Assembly: GCA_963839705.1 (NCBI GenBank)
Contig: CAWIWL010000008.1
Span: 577,629 to 641,628, forward strand
From: an uncultured Acidobacteriota bacterium
Lineage (GTDB): Bacteria > Acidobacteriota > Vicinamibacteria > Vicinamibacterales > 2-12-FULL-66-21
DNA: 64,000 nucleotides
Direction: 5' to 3'
The translations under genes were made by a program, and so were the position numbers. Numbering within the stretch: position 1 is the stretch's first letter; each line of letters starts with the position of its first letter. This document shows, piece by piece, positions 1-8,841 of this stretch. Below the pieces are notes generated by a model. The model had not been told where the DNA came from. It did no database searches and saw only the letters and a program-made list of their open reading frames with translations.

Positions 1-773
1 TCCCCCGTTCGTCCGAATCCGGCCATCACTTCGTCGCAGACCATCAGGATCCCGTGCTTCGCGCAGAGTGAGCGCACGCCTTGGAGATAGCCGTCGGGTG
101 GAATCAGGACGCCGTTGGTGCCGGTGACGGTCTCGAGGAAGAACGCGGCGATCGACTGCGGGCCCTCGAGCTGGATGATCTCTTCGAGCATCGCGAGCGA
201 TTCGGCCGCGGTATCCCATCCGCGCGCCATGCCGTGGTACGGATCGAGAACGTGCACGACGCCGGACATGCCGGGCTCGGTGCTCCAGCGCCGCGGATCG
301 CCGGTCAGTGCCATCGCGCCGTGCGTGCCGCCGTGGTACGAGCGGTAGCGCGCGAGGATCTTGTGCCGGCCGGTGTACGCGCGCGCGATCTTGATCGCGT
401 TCTCGTTGGCGTCGGCGCCGCCGTTGGTGAAGAAGAAGACGTCGATATCGCCGGGCGCGAGCTCGGCGAGCTTCGCGCCCAGCCTCCCGCGCACCTCGGT
501 CGCCATGAACGGGTTCGCATACGCCATCGTCGCGGCCTGTTCCTGGATCGCCGCGATGATGCGTTCGTCACCGTGCCCGGCGTTGACGCACATCAGCTGA
601 CTGTTGAAGTCGAGGTAGCGCTTGCCGTCAGGGGTCCAGAAATAGACGCCCTTCGCGCGCGCCATCGCAACGGGGTCGACCGATCCCTGGGCCGACCATT
701 CGAACATCGTGTGCTTGCGGCAGAGGTCGATGACCTCGGCGTCCGACAACGTGGGGTTGGTCGTGATCGTCAT
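1..773 (-). CDS. class-III PLP-dependent aminotransferase (5' part; continues past window start)
   Basis: Own translation of the minus strand from ATG at 773-771: MTITTNPTLSDAEVIDLCRKHTMFEWSAQG...DVFFFTNGGADANENAIKIARAYTGRHK...LMVCDEVMAGFGRTG. It is absent from the ORF track because it has no stop inside the window. Plus-strand ORF 81..917 is its antisense shadow. Confidence 0.8.
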   Translation of the reverse strand, partial: MTITTNPTLSDAEVIDLCRKHTMFEWSAQGSVDPVAMARAKGVYFWTPDGKRYLDFNSQLMCVNAGHGDERIIAAIQEQAATMAYANPFMATEVRGRLGAKLAELAPGDIDVFFFTNGGADANENAIKIARAYTGRHKILARYRSYHGGTHGAMALTGDPRRWSTEPGMSGVVHVLDPYHGMARGWDTAAESLAMLEEIIQLEGPQSIAAFFLETVTGTNGVLIPPDGYLQGVRSLCAKHGILMVCDEVMAGFGRTG

Positions 774-814
774 GAGGTCGGATCCCTTTCAGGAAGCGCA
801 AGCCCTCTCGCCAT

Positions 815-1819
815 TCATCGGGAGTGGGGAGTCGGCGCGGTCGCGGGCCGGGTCTCGCCCGGCGCAGGACGGCTCCAGTCGGTGTGGGGCGCGCGATTCT
901 CGACGAGCCAGCCGTAAACCAGGCGCCCGTAGGTCATCCATCGCATCTGCTTCTGCTCGAAGAACGGCGTCAGCGCTCGCTGGAGCGCCGGCAGTCGATA
1001 GAAGGGCACGCCCGGAAAGTAGTGGTGCTCGAGATGGTAGTTCGAGTTCAGGTAGGCAAAGTCCCAGAACCAATGGCCCTTCATCAAGGTGCCCCACTTT
1101 GCCGGATCGCCGGGATCGATGTCGTAGTGCTGTCCGAGACGGTTCAATGTGAACGCGATTGGAAAGATGAAGAAGACCGGGATGATGCTCGTGCGCAGCG
1201 CAGCGTAGAAGCCGAACAGATACCAGAGCGCGGCGATCGCCAGGAGGTGCGCGGCGATCGATACCTTTCGTTCCGCGGCAATCGTCCGTTGCAGCTCGAC
1301 GGGATAGGTCGCCATCTCCCGCCGCGCGGCCCGGAAGTAGATGGGGAAGAGCGCCGGCGTCGCATAGAGCAGTTTGTACCAGCGAGCGTTCACCTTCGGC
1401 GACAGGTGATGGCGCTTGGGATCGTGTTCATCGGAGCCGAGCTCGGCATGGTGGTCGAGATGCCACCGCGTGAACTGTGTCGCCGAGATCCCGCTCGGCG
1501 TCGCGTAGAGAAGCCCCAGTACACGGGTCGCCGTCGGCCTCGTACGCTCGAAGACGTTGTGGTGCAGGACTTCGTGCAAGAGGATAGTGAAGTTGAAGAT
1601 GGTGAAGCCCTGGACGAACGCCAGCGGAAGCCAAATGAGCGGGTGTTCGAAGGTGATGAGTCCCCAACTCGCCAGCCCTAGAATCCCAAACTGCCGGATC
1701 GCGACGATGAAGTGCCGGAGGGCCGACTTTTGATGAAACGCACGCAACGCGTCGCGCGGAATCGCCTGGCTGAGCTCAGCCTTCAGCGCCACCGCATGTT
1801 CCGCATAGTAGTGGGACAC
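815..1819 (-). CDS. membrane fatty-acid desaturase family protein
   Basis: 334-aa ORF with three histidine boxes (HEVLHH, HLDHH, HLEHH) in the order typical of di-iron desaturases. Several hydrophobic spans; GTG start at 1819. Confidence 0.85.
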   Translation of the reverse strand: MSHYYAEHAVALKAELSQAIPRDALRAFHQKSALRHFIVAIRQFGILGLASWGLITFEHPLIWLPLAFVQGFTIFNFTILLHEVLHHNVFERTRPTATRVLGLLYATPSGISATQFTRWHLDHHAELGSDEHDPKRHHLSPKVNARWYKLLYATPALFPIYFRAARREMATYPVELQRTIAAERKVSIAAHLLAIAALWYLFGFYAALRTSIIPVFFIFPIAFTLNRLGQHYDIDPGDPAKWGTLMKGHWFWDFAYLNSNYHLEHHYFPGVPFYRLPALQRALTPFFEQKQMRWMTYGRLVYGWLVENRAPHTDWSRPAPGETRPATAPTPHSR

Positions 1820-1856
1820 TTTCTGCGATCTTAGCAGGAACGAGGATAGCGTTTCA

Positions 1857-1956
1857 GGGATCGGGGATCGGGGATCAGGGATCAGGGGTCCAGGGGTCCC
1901 GGGCTCTTCCGCGACGACGGGGCAATCCCGGCTCTCTGGACCCTGAACCCTGATCC
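1857..1956. repeat. imperfect palindromic element built of GGGATC(A/G)G words
   Basis: G-rich arm gggatcggggatcggggatcagggatcaggggtccaggggtcccggg (1857-1903). It is complementary to the C-rich arm cccggctctctggaccctgaaccctgatcc (1927-1956). A sister element lies at 30608-30693. Confidence 0.7.
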
Positions 1957-1965
1957 ATGAAACGC

Positions 1966-2916
1966 CTACGGCTCACACGGCTCGGCCGGCGCCGCCTGTG
2001 GAGCCGTTCGCGTCAGCGCCACTCCGACGAGCACTGCCGTCGCGCCGAGAACGTTCGTCAGACGTAGTGGCTCGTCCAGAAAGATCACGGCGGTGGCCAT
2101 CGCCACAATCGGAATGACGTTCGAATAGACCGAGGTCCGCGCGCTGCCGATCTGGCGGACGCCCGCGTACCAGATAGTGTAGGCAACGCCTAGCGCGAAG
2201 ATTGAGGAGTACACGATTGAGACCCACATGCGCCACGTGATTTCGTCCCAGGCGACGGCCCGAACGTGCGACCACATCACCGGCACGTACACCAGCGTGC
2301 CGATCAACATCGACAATCCGGTCACTCCGACTGGCGAGTGACGCGAGATCAATCGGCGCGAGCCGAGAGTATAGACGGCCCAGCAGATCACTGCCGCCAC
2401 CATCATCAGGTCGCCGGTCAGACCGCGGCCGCCGAGATCCACTCCGCGGCCGACAACAACGTAGATGCCTAGAAGGGAGAGGGCCGCGCCAGCCCAGTGT
2501 CGCGTGCCGATCCGCTCCTGACCGAACACGGCGCTGAGGAGCGCTATCACGACGGGCGTCGCTGCAAGCATCAGCGAGCTGTTGGCGACGGTCGTCAGGG
2601 CCAGTCCGCCGATGAAGAAATACTGATAGAGAAAGTGGCCGACGAGGCCGAGCCCGGCGAGCTCGAGCGCGTCGCGAGGGGTCAGACGCGTGGGCGTCCG
2701 GAAGATACTCGCAAGGTCTGGCGGAGCAGGCGCGGCGCCGGCCGCCGATGCAGGTCGGAGTCGCATGGCGCCGATGACGGCCAGGAACACCGCCGACGCG
2801 ATCGCCATACGCGCCGCGTTGAACGCCTGCGGATCGAGCTCCTGAAACGCGAACTTCACGATCGAATAGTTCGTGCCCCAGATAACTGCCATCAGGACGA
2901 GAAGCAGGTCGATCAT
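1966..2916 (-). CDS. EamA/DMT family transporter
   Basis: About 10 TM spans and duplicated EamA-like halves (MIDLLLVLMAVIWGTNYSIVKFAF...). I prefer the ATG at 2916 over the ORF-track start at 2988, which overlaps the upstream gene. Confidence 0.8.
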   Translation of the reverse strand: MIDLLLVLMAVIWGTNYSIVKFAFQELDPQAFNAARMAIASAVFLAVIGAMRLRPASAAGAAPAPPDLASIFRTPTRLTPRDALELAGLGLVGHFLYQYFFIGGLALTTVANSSLMLAATPVVIALLSAVFGQERIGTRHWAGAALSLLGIYVVVGRGVDLGGRGLTGDLMMVAAVICWAVYTLGSRRLISRHSPVGVTGLSMLIGTLVYVPVMWSHVRAVAWDEITWRMWVSIVYSSIFALGVAYTIWYAGVRQIGSARTSVYSNVIPIVAMATAVIFLDEPLRLTNVLGATAVLVGVALTRTAPQAAPAEPCEP

Positions 2917-2929
2917 GCCGGCGCGTCCG

Positions 2930-4588
2930 TCAACGCTTCGGCCCCGGATCCTGATGTGACGGCGACGGGCTGCTGGCGCCGTCCGCACACGGGGCGGCCA
3001 GCACCATTCCGGGGAGCAGGCCGTTGGCGGGTGGCGGCACCGGCTGCGACAGGCAGTCTGACACCTCCGACGCGAACTGCGGACTCACCCTCAGGACGAT
3101 GCGCGCGACCGACGTTTCGACGCGTGCCAGCAGCGGCGCCGGCCGGAGGCCAACCCAGACGGCGAGGAGCACGAGCGGCACGAACACCACGGCTTCGCGA
3201 AGCCGCAGGTCCTTCAGCTGACCACCGGTCGGGCTCCTCAACTCGCCGAGCATCGTCCGTGAGAACAGCCACAACAACGCCACGCCGCTGAGGGCCATGC
3301 CCGTCAACGCGACAGCCGACCCGACCCGGTTGACAGGCCAGATGCCCTCGACGATCAGTCTGGTGCCGACAAAGCCGTTCAGCTTCGGAACGCCTACGAG
3401 CGACAGCGTCATCAGCAGCCACAGGGCAGCGATGAGGGGCATGGCGTTCAGCAGGCCGCCATACTTGGAGAGGTCGGCCGCCTGCCCTCGTTCGGCAACG
3501 AGGCCGGCGACGAGAAACAACGCGGCGATCGAAATCCCGTGGTTAATCTGGTGGACGGCGCTCCCGGTCAGCCCGTCAGGAGTCAGCGCGAACGCCCCAA
3601 GCATGACCAGGCAGATGTGGCTCAGGCTGGCGAACGCGAGGACGCGGGTCCAGTTGGTTTGCGCGAAAGCCGCAACCGCGCCGAAGATGATGCCGACAGC
3701 CGAGAGCCAGACGACCGCAGTCGCGAAGGCGCGTGACGCGTCGGGCAGGAGCGGCAGACTCAACCGCAGGAACCCGTAGGTTCCGATTTTCAGGAAGACC
3801 GCGGCGAGCAGGAGCGGCACCGCCACCATCCGTCCATTGGCGGCGACGGCAAGCCACCAGCGGAACACGGCGAGCAGCCCGCCTACGAACCCTGCAAAGA
3901 ACGCCAGGAATATCCAACGCTGCACGGCCAGGGGTATCGAGAGGTGCTGAAACGACCGCAGGTCGAAAGTGGCAGCGCCGGTCAGCACTCGACCCTGCAC
4001 GTGCAGCGCAAGGACGCCCAGGAGAATCACAAGGCCTGGCACGATGGCGATGGCGCAGACACGAAGCGCGACGCGCCTGCGCCCGCCAACGGCGCCAATC
4101 AGCAGGCACATCGAGGCAGCAGCCAGCACCCAGCAGAGGCAGAAAAGCAGAAGGTCGAGCGCCATGTAGACGCCGAGCATGCCGGCTTCGAGGAGGAGGA
4201 CGGCGATGTCGTACTCCTTCGCCCGGGAATCGGCCGTCGCGGTCGTAGCCCACGAGGCCAGGACGGCGATGAAAGTCAGGAAGGCCGTCAACAGGATGAG
4301 CAGCAGGCTCAAGCCGTCGATACCGACCGCGTAGCTCGCGCCGATCGACGGCAGCACGCTGAACCGCTCGGTAAACTGCCACTCGGCGCCCCGCACCTCG
4401 AAGGCAAACCAGAGCCGCGACGCGACCCCGAGCACCAATGCCGTAGTCACGCTTGCGATCGCTCTCTGGAGGCGCCCCCGATCGCGCCTGACCAGGAGCA
4501 ACACCAGCGCGCCGGCCAGGGGCCCCATCGCGATGATCGAGAGAAGGTGACGTGTCACGCTGATTTGAATCCTATTCTGACCCGACAC
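2930..4588 (-). CDS. NuoM/NuoL-type proton-translocating membrane subunit (complex I subunit 4 family), orphan copy
   Basis: 552-aa polytopic protein with a NuoM-like N-terminus (GIDGLSLLLILLTAFLTFIAVLASW) and core (HQINHGISIAALFLVAG). No other nuo/mrp genes are adjacent. Start not certain. Confidence 0.75.
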   Translation of the reverse strand: MSGQNRIQISVTRHLLSIIAMGPLAGALVLLLVRRDRGRLQRAIASVTTALVLGVASRLWFAFEVRGAEWQFTERFSVLPSIGASYAVGIDGLSLLLILLTAFLTFIAVLASWATTATADSRAKEYDIAVLLLEAGMLGVYMALDLLLFCLCWVLAAASMCLLIGAVGGRRRVALRVCAIAIVPGLVILLGVLALHVQGRVLTGAATFDLRSFQHLSIPLAVQRWIFLAFFAGFVGGLLAVFRWWLAVAANGRMVAVPLLLAAVFLKIGTYGFLRLSLPLLPDASRAFATAVVWLSAVGIIFGAVAAFAQTNWTRVLAFASLSHICLVMLGAFALTPDGLTGSAVHQINHGISIAALFLVAGLVAERGQAADLSKYGGLLNAMPLIAALWLLMTLSLVGVPKLNGFVGTRLIVEGIWPVNRVGSAVALTGMALSGVALLWLFSRTMLGELRSPTGGQLKDLRLREAVVFVPLVLLAVWVGLRPAPLLARVETSVARIVLRVSPQFASEVSDCLSQPVPPPANGLLPGMVLAAPCADGASSPSPSHQDPGPKR

Positions 4589-4699
4589 GGGACCGGACGA
4601 GCAATGCCAGGTTCTGTGGCCAGAACTCCCTTATTTCACAATAGTTTTGCACGCTGCCGTTTTCTTGACGCTCTGTCAAAGCGCGGCCTATACTGCGGT

Positions 4700-5596
4700 A
4701 TGGCGCACCTCCTCGCCGCGCTCACCCTGCCGACTGTCCTGGCGATCTCGATCCTGCAGGCCGGTCAACAGACACCAACTCGGCCGAGCGAACGTCGCAC
4801 GCGCGAGGTCTACGTCAGCGTCCTCGACAAAAGTGGCAAGCCGGTCACAGGGCTTACCGCCGCTGACTTCGTGGTGCGCGAAGAGAACGTCGCGCGGGAG
4901 GTGCTCAACGCGGGCCCCGCCATCGAGCCGCTGACGATCGCGCTCACGGTCGACGACAGCCAGTCGGCCACCCACGCGATGCAGTTCATTCGCGACGGGC
5001 TCAACGGCTTCTTCAAGAAGCTCGACGGCAAGGCACAGATTGCGCTGTCGACTTATGGCGAGCGTCCGACGCCGCTCGTGGAGTACACCGACAGCACCGT
5101 GCTGCTGCAGAAAGGGGTCGGGCGGCTGTTTGCCCGCTCCGGCGCCGGGGCCTACCTGCTCGAGGCGCTGGTCGAGCTGTCGCGCGGCATCGGCAAGCGC
5201 GAGGCGAAGCGGCCGGTCATCGTGGTCGTGGCGGTCGAGAGCGAGACCGAGTTCAGCAATCTCTACTACACGAAGGTGCTCGAGGAGCTGAAGCAAAGTC
5301 GCGCGACGCTGCATTTTCTCGGAATCGGTTCGCCAGCCTCGTCGCTGACCGATGAGATGCGCAACCGCAACATCGCCATCGCCGAGGGGACCTCGTTGAC
5401 CGGGGGACGGCGCGATCAGGTGCTGGCCGAGAGCGGGCTCGCCGACCGCCTCGCGCAGCTGGCCGACGAGCTGACGAATCAGTATGTCGTCACCTACTCG
5501 CGGCCTGAAACGCTGATTCCGCCCGAAAAAATCGAGGTGTCGGTCAACAAGCCGGGGCTTACCGTGCGAGCGCCCAAGCGATTGCCCGCGCGCTGA
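4700..5596 (+). CDS. VWA domain protein (acidobacterial VWFA-related, TIGR03436-like)
   Basis: Signal-like N-terminus MAHLLAALTLPTVLAISILQAG. The module YVSVLDKSGKPVTGLTAADFVVREENVAREV is followed by a VWA-like core. The ORF-track 5' extension (3944-4699) is antisense to the NuoM-like gene. Confidence 0.75.
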   Translation: MAHLLAALTLPTVLAISILQAGQQTPTRPSERRTREVYVSVLDKSGKPVTGLTAADFVVREENVAREVLNAGPAIEPLTIALTVDDSQSATHAMQFIRDGLNGFFKKLDGKAQIALSTYGERPTPLVEYTDSTVLLQKGVGRLFARSGAGAYLLEALVELSRGIGKREAKRPVIVVVAVESETEFSNLYYTKVLEELKQSRATLHFLGIGSPASSLTDEMRNRNIAIAEGTSLTGGRRDQVLAESGLADRLAQLADELTNQYVVTYSRPETLIPPEKIEVSVNKPGLTVRAPKRLPAR

Positions 5597-5607
5597 ATTC
5601 GCCGATC

Positions 5608-6678
5608 ATGTCCAGCTTCCGCCGCGTGCACACTATCGTTGCCAGCACACTCCTGGCGGGCGTCTGCCTCGCCGGGTCGGCGCAGGACGCGGTGCCGCCC
5701 GCCATTCCTCCCCTCCCGACGACGCCAGGCGCCAAGCCGTCGGTCACGCCCCCACAGGAGGCGAAGCCGCCCGCCGCAGCTCCTGTTCCGCAGGAGGCTA
5801 AGCCGCCGGCAACGCCAGAGACGAAGCAGCCGCAGACCCGGCTGCGCAGCGGCGTCGACCTCGTCTCACTGAGCGTGACCGTCATGGAGAGCGGCCGCTA
5901 CGTCAGCGACCTGGACGAGGCGGACTTCGAGATCTACGAGGATGGGGCGAAGCAGGCGATCACGTTCTTCTCTCGGGTCCAGCAGCCCATCGCGCTCGCG
6001 ATCCTGCTCGACACGAGCGCCAGCATGAACGAGCGACTGGGAACGGCACAGGAAGCCGCAATCGGCTTCGCCCGGAGGATGCGGCGGGAGGACGTCATCG
6101 AGGTGATCGACTTCGACAGCCAGGCGCGCATCCTGCAGACGTTTACCAACGACGTCGCGGCGCTCGAGAAGGCGATTCGGTCCACGGACGTCAACGGATC
6201 GACCTCGTTGTACAACGCGATCTACGTCTCGCTGAAGGAGCTCAAGCGCGCCAAGGCGAACTCGGCGGAAGAGATCCGCCGCCAGGCCATCGTCGTCCTC
6301 TCCGACGGAGACGATACTTCGAGCCTCGTGCCCTACGAAGAAGTGCTCGATCTGGCCAAGCGATCGGAGACGGCGATCTACGCCATCGGGCTGCGTCCGA
6401 GCGGCTCGTACCGGACCGAGTTCAAGGAAGCGGAGTTCGTGCTCAAGCAGCTCTCGCAGGAAACGGGCGGGCGCGCGTACTTCGTCCTCACGGCGGCAGA
6501 GCTGCCGAAGATCTACGAGCAGATTTCCGAAGAGCTGGCCAATCAGTACAGCCTCGCGTATTCCTCCAAGAACCCGATGCGCAACGGCGCCTGGCGCAGG
6601 GTCGTCGTGCGAGTAAGCAAGCCGGGGCTGACCGCCCGCACGCGCCTGGGCTACTACGGGCCGGAACAGGGCCGGTAG
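5608..6678 (+). CDS. VWA domain protein (TIGR03436-like), paralog of the upstream gene
   Basis: Signal peptide, then a Pro-rich linker with a duplicated PQEAKPPA. Next comes VDLVSLSVTVMESGRYVSDLDEADFEIYEDG, then MIDAS-like LLDTSASM and a VWA fold. Confidence 0.8.
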   Translation: MSSFRRVHTIVASTLLAGVCLAGSAQDAVPPAIPPLPTTPGAKPSVTPPQEAKPPAAAPVPQEAKPPATPETKQPQTRLRSGVDLVSLSVTVMESGRYVSDLDEADFEIYEDGAKQAITFFSRVQQPIALAILLDTSASMNERLGTAQEAAIGFARRMRREDVIEVIDFDSQARILQTFTNDVAALEKAIRSTDVNGSTSLYNAIYVSLKELKRAKANSAEEIRRQAIVVLSDGDDTSSLVPYEEVLDLAKRSETAIYAIGLRPSGSYRTEFKEAEFVLKQLSQETGGRAYFVLTAAELPKIYEQISEELANQYSLAYSSKNPMRNGAWRRVVVRVSKPGLTARTRLGYYGPEQGR

Positions 6679-6684
6679 GGTGTC

Positions 6685-7503
6685 ATGCACCTCGTCCCGC
6701 TCGTCTTCTACGCTGCGGCGGCTGCCGCCTATCTGACCCACTTCGCCTGGCGCGATCCGCGCGTTGGGCGGCTGGCGACGGCGATCCTGGGCGGCGGTGT
6801 GCTCGCCCACACGTTTCTCATCGGCATGCAGACGGTGCATGTCGGCCACGCGCCGCTCGTCGGCACGACCGCAGCGCTCTCAGCTTTCGTCTGGCTGCTC
6901 GGCCTCTCGTATCTCTACATCGAGCTGACGACCGACGAACGGGCGATGGGCGTATTCGTGGCGCCGCTCATGGTCGCGCTCGATCTGATTCCGGCGCTCG
7001 ACCCCGTGGCGAGCCCACGTCCGCCGCTCCTCCAGAGCCCGCTCTTCACGCTGCACGTCGTCTCGATGCTCTTCGCCTACGCCAGCTTCGCGCTGGCCTG
7101 CGTGCTGGGCGTCACCTATGTCCTGCTCTTCAAGGAAATCAAGGCGCGGCATCTCGGCTTCTTCTACACGCGCCTGCCGTCGCTGCAGGTCCTCGACGCG
7201 ATGAACGGCCGCGTGGTCTCGATCGGCTGGCTGTTCCTGACGCTCGGAATCGCCGTCGGCGGCCTGTGGGCGACGCAGATCCAGACGTCGTCCGACCCGC
7301 GGGCGCAGGCCATGTCGATCGCGGATCCGAAAATCCTCGTGGCGATCATCTGCTGGGCCGTGTACTCGTTCGCGCTTTTCGCGCGGCGCGCGATCGGCTG
7401 GAGCGGACGTCGTGCGGCCTGGCTATCGGCGCTGGCTTTCGTGATCGTCCTGTTGAACCTCGTGCCGATCGGCTATTTCCTGACGAAGAGTCACAATTTC
7501 TAG
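6685..7503 (+). CDS. cytochrome c assembly protein family (CcsA/HemX-like) membrane protein
   Basis: 272-aa protein with about 8 TM spans, immediately upstream of hemA as in hemAXCDBL-type operons. Confidence 0.7.
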   Translation: MHLVPLVFYAAAAAAYLTHFAWRDPRVGRLATAILGGGVLAHTFLIGMQTVHVGHAPLVGTTAALSAFVWLLGLSYLYIELTTDERAMGVFVAPLMVALDLIPALDPVASPRPPLLQSPLFTLHVVSMLFAYASFALACVLGVTYVLLFKEIKARHLGFFYTRLPSLQVLDAMNGRVVSIGWLFLTLGIAVGGLWATQIQTSSDPRAQAMSIADPKILVAIICWAVYSFALFARRAIGWSGRRAAWLSALAFVIVLLNLVPIGYFLTKSHNF

Positions 7504-7506
7504 AGA

Positions 7507-8841
7507 GTGATGCGCCTTCTCGCAGTTGGCCTCAGCCATCGCACGGCGCCCGTGGAGTTGCGCGAATCCGTCGACTTCGGGCGCGCGGGACTCGACACGG
7601 CGCTTCACGCGCTCGCCGCGCGCGGCGTCAGCCCCGAGACGGTCGTGCTGTCGACGTGCAACCGTGCCGAAATCTACGCGGTCGGCGATTCGGACGCGGC
7701 CGCCGACGGGCTCACCCGCTTCTTCTGCGACTATCACAGCCTCGACCAGGCGCGACTGGCCGACCACCTCTACTGCCATCGCGGCGTCGAGGCGGCGCGC
7801 CATCTTTTTCGCGTCGCCGCCGGCCTCGATTCGCTCGTCGTCGGAGAGCCGCAGATCCTCGGCCAGGTCAAGACCGCCTATTTCACGGCAAACGATCTCC
7901 ACTTCACGGGCACCGTAACCCATCGACTCTTCCACGCCGCGTTCGCCGTCGGAAAGCGCGTGCGCCATGAAACGGGCCTCGCCGAGGGCGCGGTGTCGGT
8001 CAGCTACGCCGCCATCGAGCTCGCCAAGAAGATTTTTGGTGACCTGTCGGGTCTGACCGTCCTCATCCTCGGCGCCGGCGAAATGGCCAAGCTCACCGGC
8101 ATCCACCTGCGGGCGCAGCATGTCAGGCAGATCACGATCGCAAGCCGGACCCTGGCGTCAGCGGAAGCCCTCGCGCGACAGCTCGAGGGACGCGCCGTCG
8201 CGTGGCAGGACCTGCGCAGCGCGCTCGCCGCCGCCGACATCGTCGTCACCGCGACAGGCGCGACGGAGCCTGTGCTCACGAGGGCCACGGTCGAGGAGAC
8301 GATGCGGTCGCGGCGCGATCGACCGCTGTTTGTCATCGACATCGCGCTGCCGCGCGATGTCGAGACGTCCGTGGGTGACCTCGACCAAGTCTTCCTTTAT
8401 CGCATGGACGACCTGCAGTCCATCGTCAGCGAGAACCTCGCGCGTCGCTCGAGCGAGCTCGCGAGCGCCGAAGCGATTGTCGACCAGGAGGTCGCGCGCT
8501 TTTCCGCCTGGCTTCAGTCACGCGAGATCGTGCCGACGATCGTGGCCCTGCGGCAGCGCTTCGAGAACATCAGGCAGGCCGAGCTCCGCCGGCTCGAGCC
8601 CAAGCTGGGCAGCTTGACCCCGGAAGCGCGCGCCAGAGTCGAGGAGGTGACGCGCCTGCTCGTCGAGAAGCTGCTGCTGACGCCGACCGAGCACCTGAAG
8701 ACGGTCGGCGATGAAACCCTCGTCGTCGCCCGCGCTGAAGCGCTGCACCGGTTGTTTGACCTGACGCCGGAAGGCAAGAACGACGGCGATACACCCGCGG
8801 ATCGAGACGAGCCGATCGTGCCCGGAGCACGGCGCCGTTGA
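7507..8841 (+). CDS. hemA: glutamyl-tRNA reductase
   Basis: LAVGLSHRTAPVELRE, STCNRAEIY, SLVVGEPQILGQVK and a Rossmann segment LILGAGEMA. Start is GTG 7507 or ATG 7510. Confidence 0.95.
   Translation: MMRLLAVGLSHRTAPVELRESVDFGRAGLDTALHALAARGVSPETVVLSTCNRAEIYAVGDSDAAADGLTRFFCDYHSLDQARLADHLYCHRGVEAARHLFRVAAGLDSLVVGEPQILGQVKTAYFTANDLHFTGTVTHRLFHAAFAVGKRVRHETGLAEGAVSVSYAAIELAKKIFGDLSGLTVLILGAGEMAKLTGIHLRAQHVRQITIASRTLASAEALARQLEGRAVAWQDLRSALAAADIVVTATGATEPVLTRATVEETMRSRRDRPLFVIDIALPRDVETSVGDLDQVFLYRMDDLQSIVSENLARRSSELASAEAIVDQEVARFSAWLQSREIVPTIVALRQRFENIRQAELRRLEPKLGSLTPEARARVEEVTRLLVEKLLLTPTEHLKTVGDETLVVARAEALHRLFDLTPEGKNDGDTPADRDEPIVPGARRR

Noticed and set aside
81-917. 278-aa plus-strand ORF at the window start
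   Set aside because: It is antisense to a clear class-III aminotransferase reading frame (minus strand, 773 to 1). The product is Arg/Ala/Gly-rich with no motifs, a typical high-GC shadow ORF.
3944-4699. 5' extension of the ORF containing the first VWA gene (track start 3944)
   Set aside because: The upstream 250 codons are antisense to the NuoM-like gene and low-complexity (R/Q/E-rich). A signal peptide begins at ATG 4700.
5866-6849. 327-aa minus-strand ORF
   Set aside because: It is entirely antisense to the second VWA gene and the CcsA-like gene, and has no recognisable motifs.
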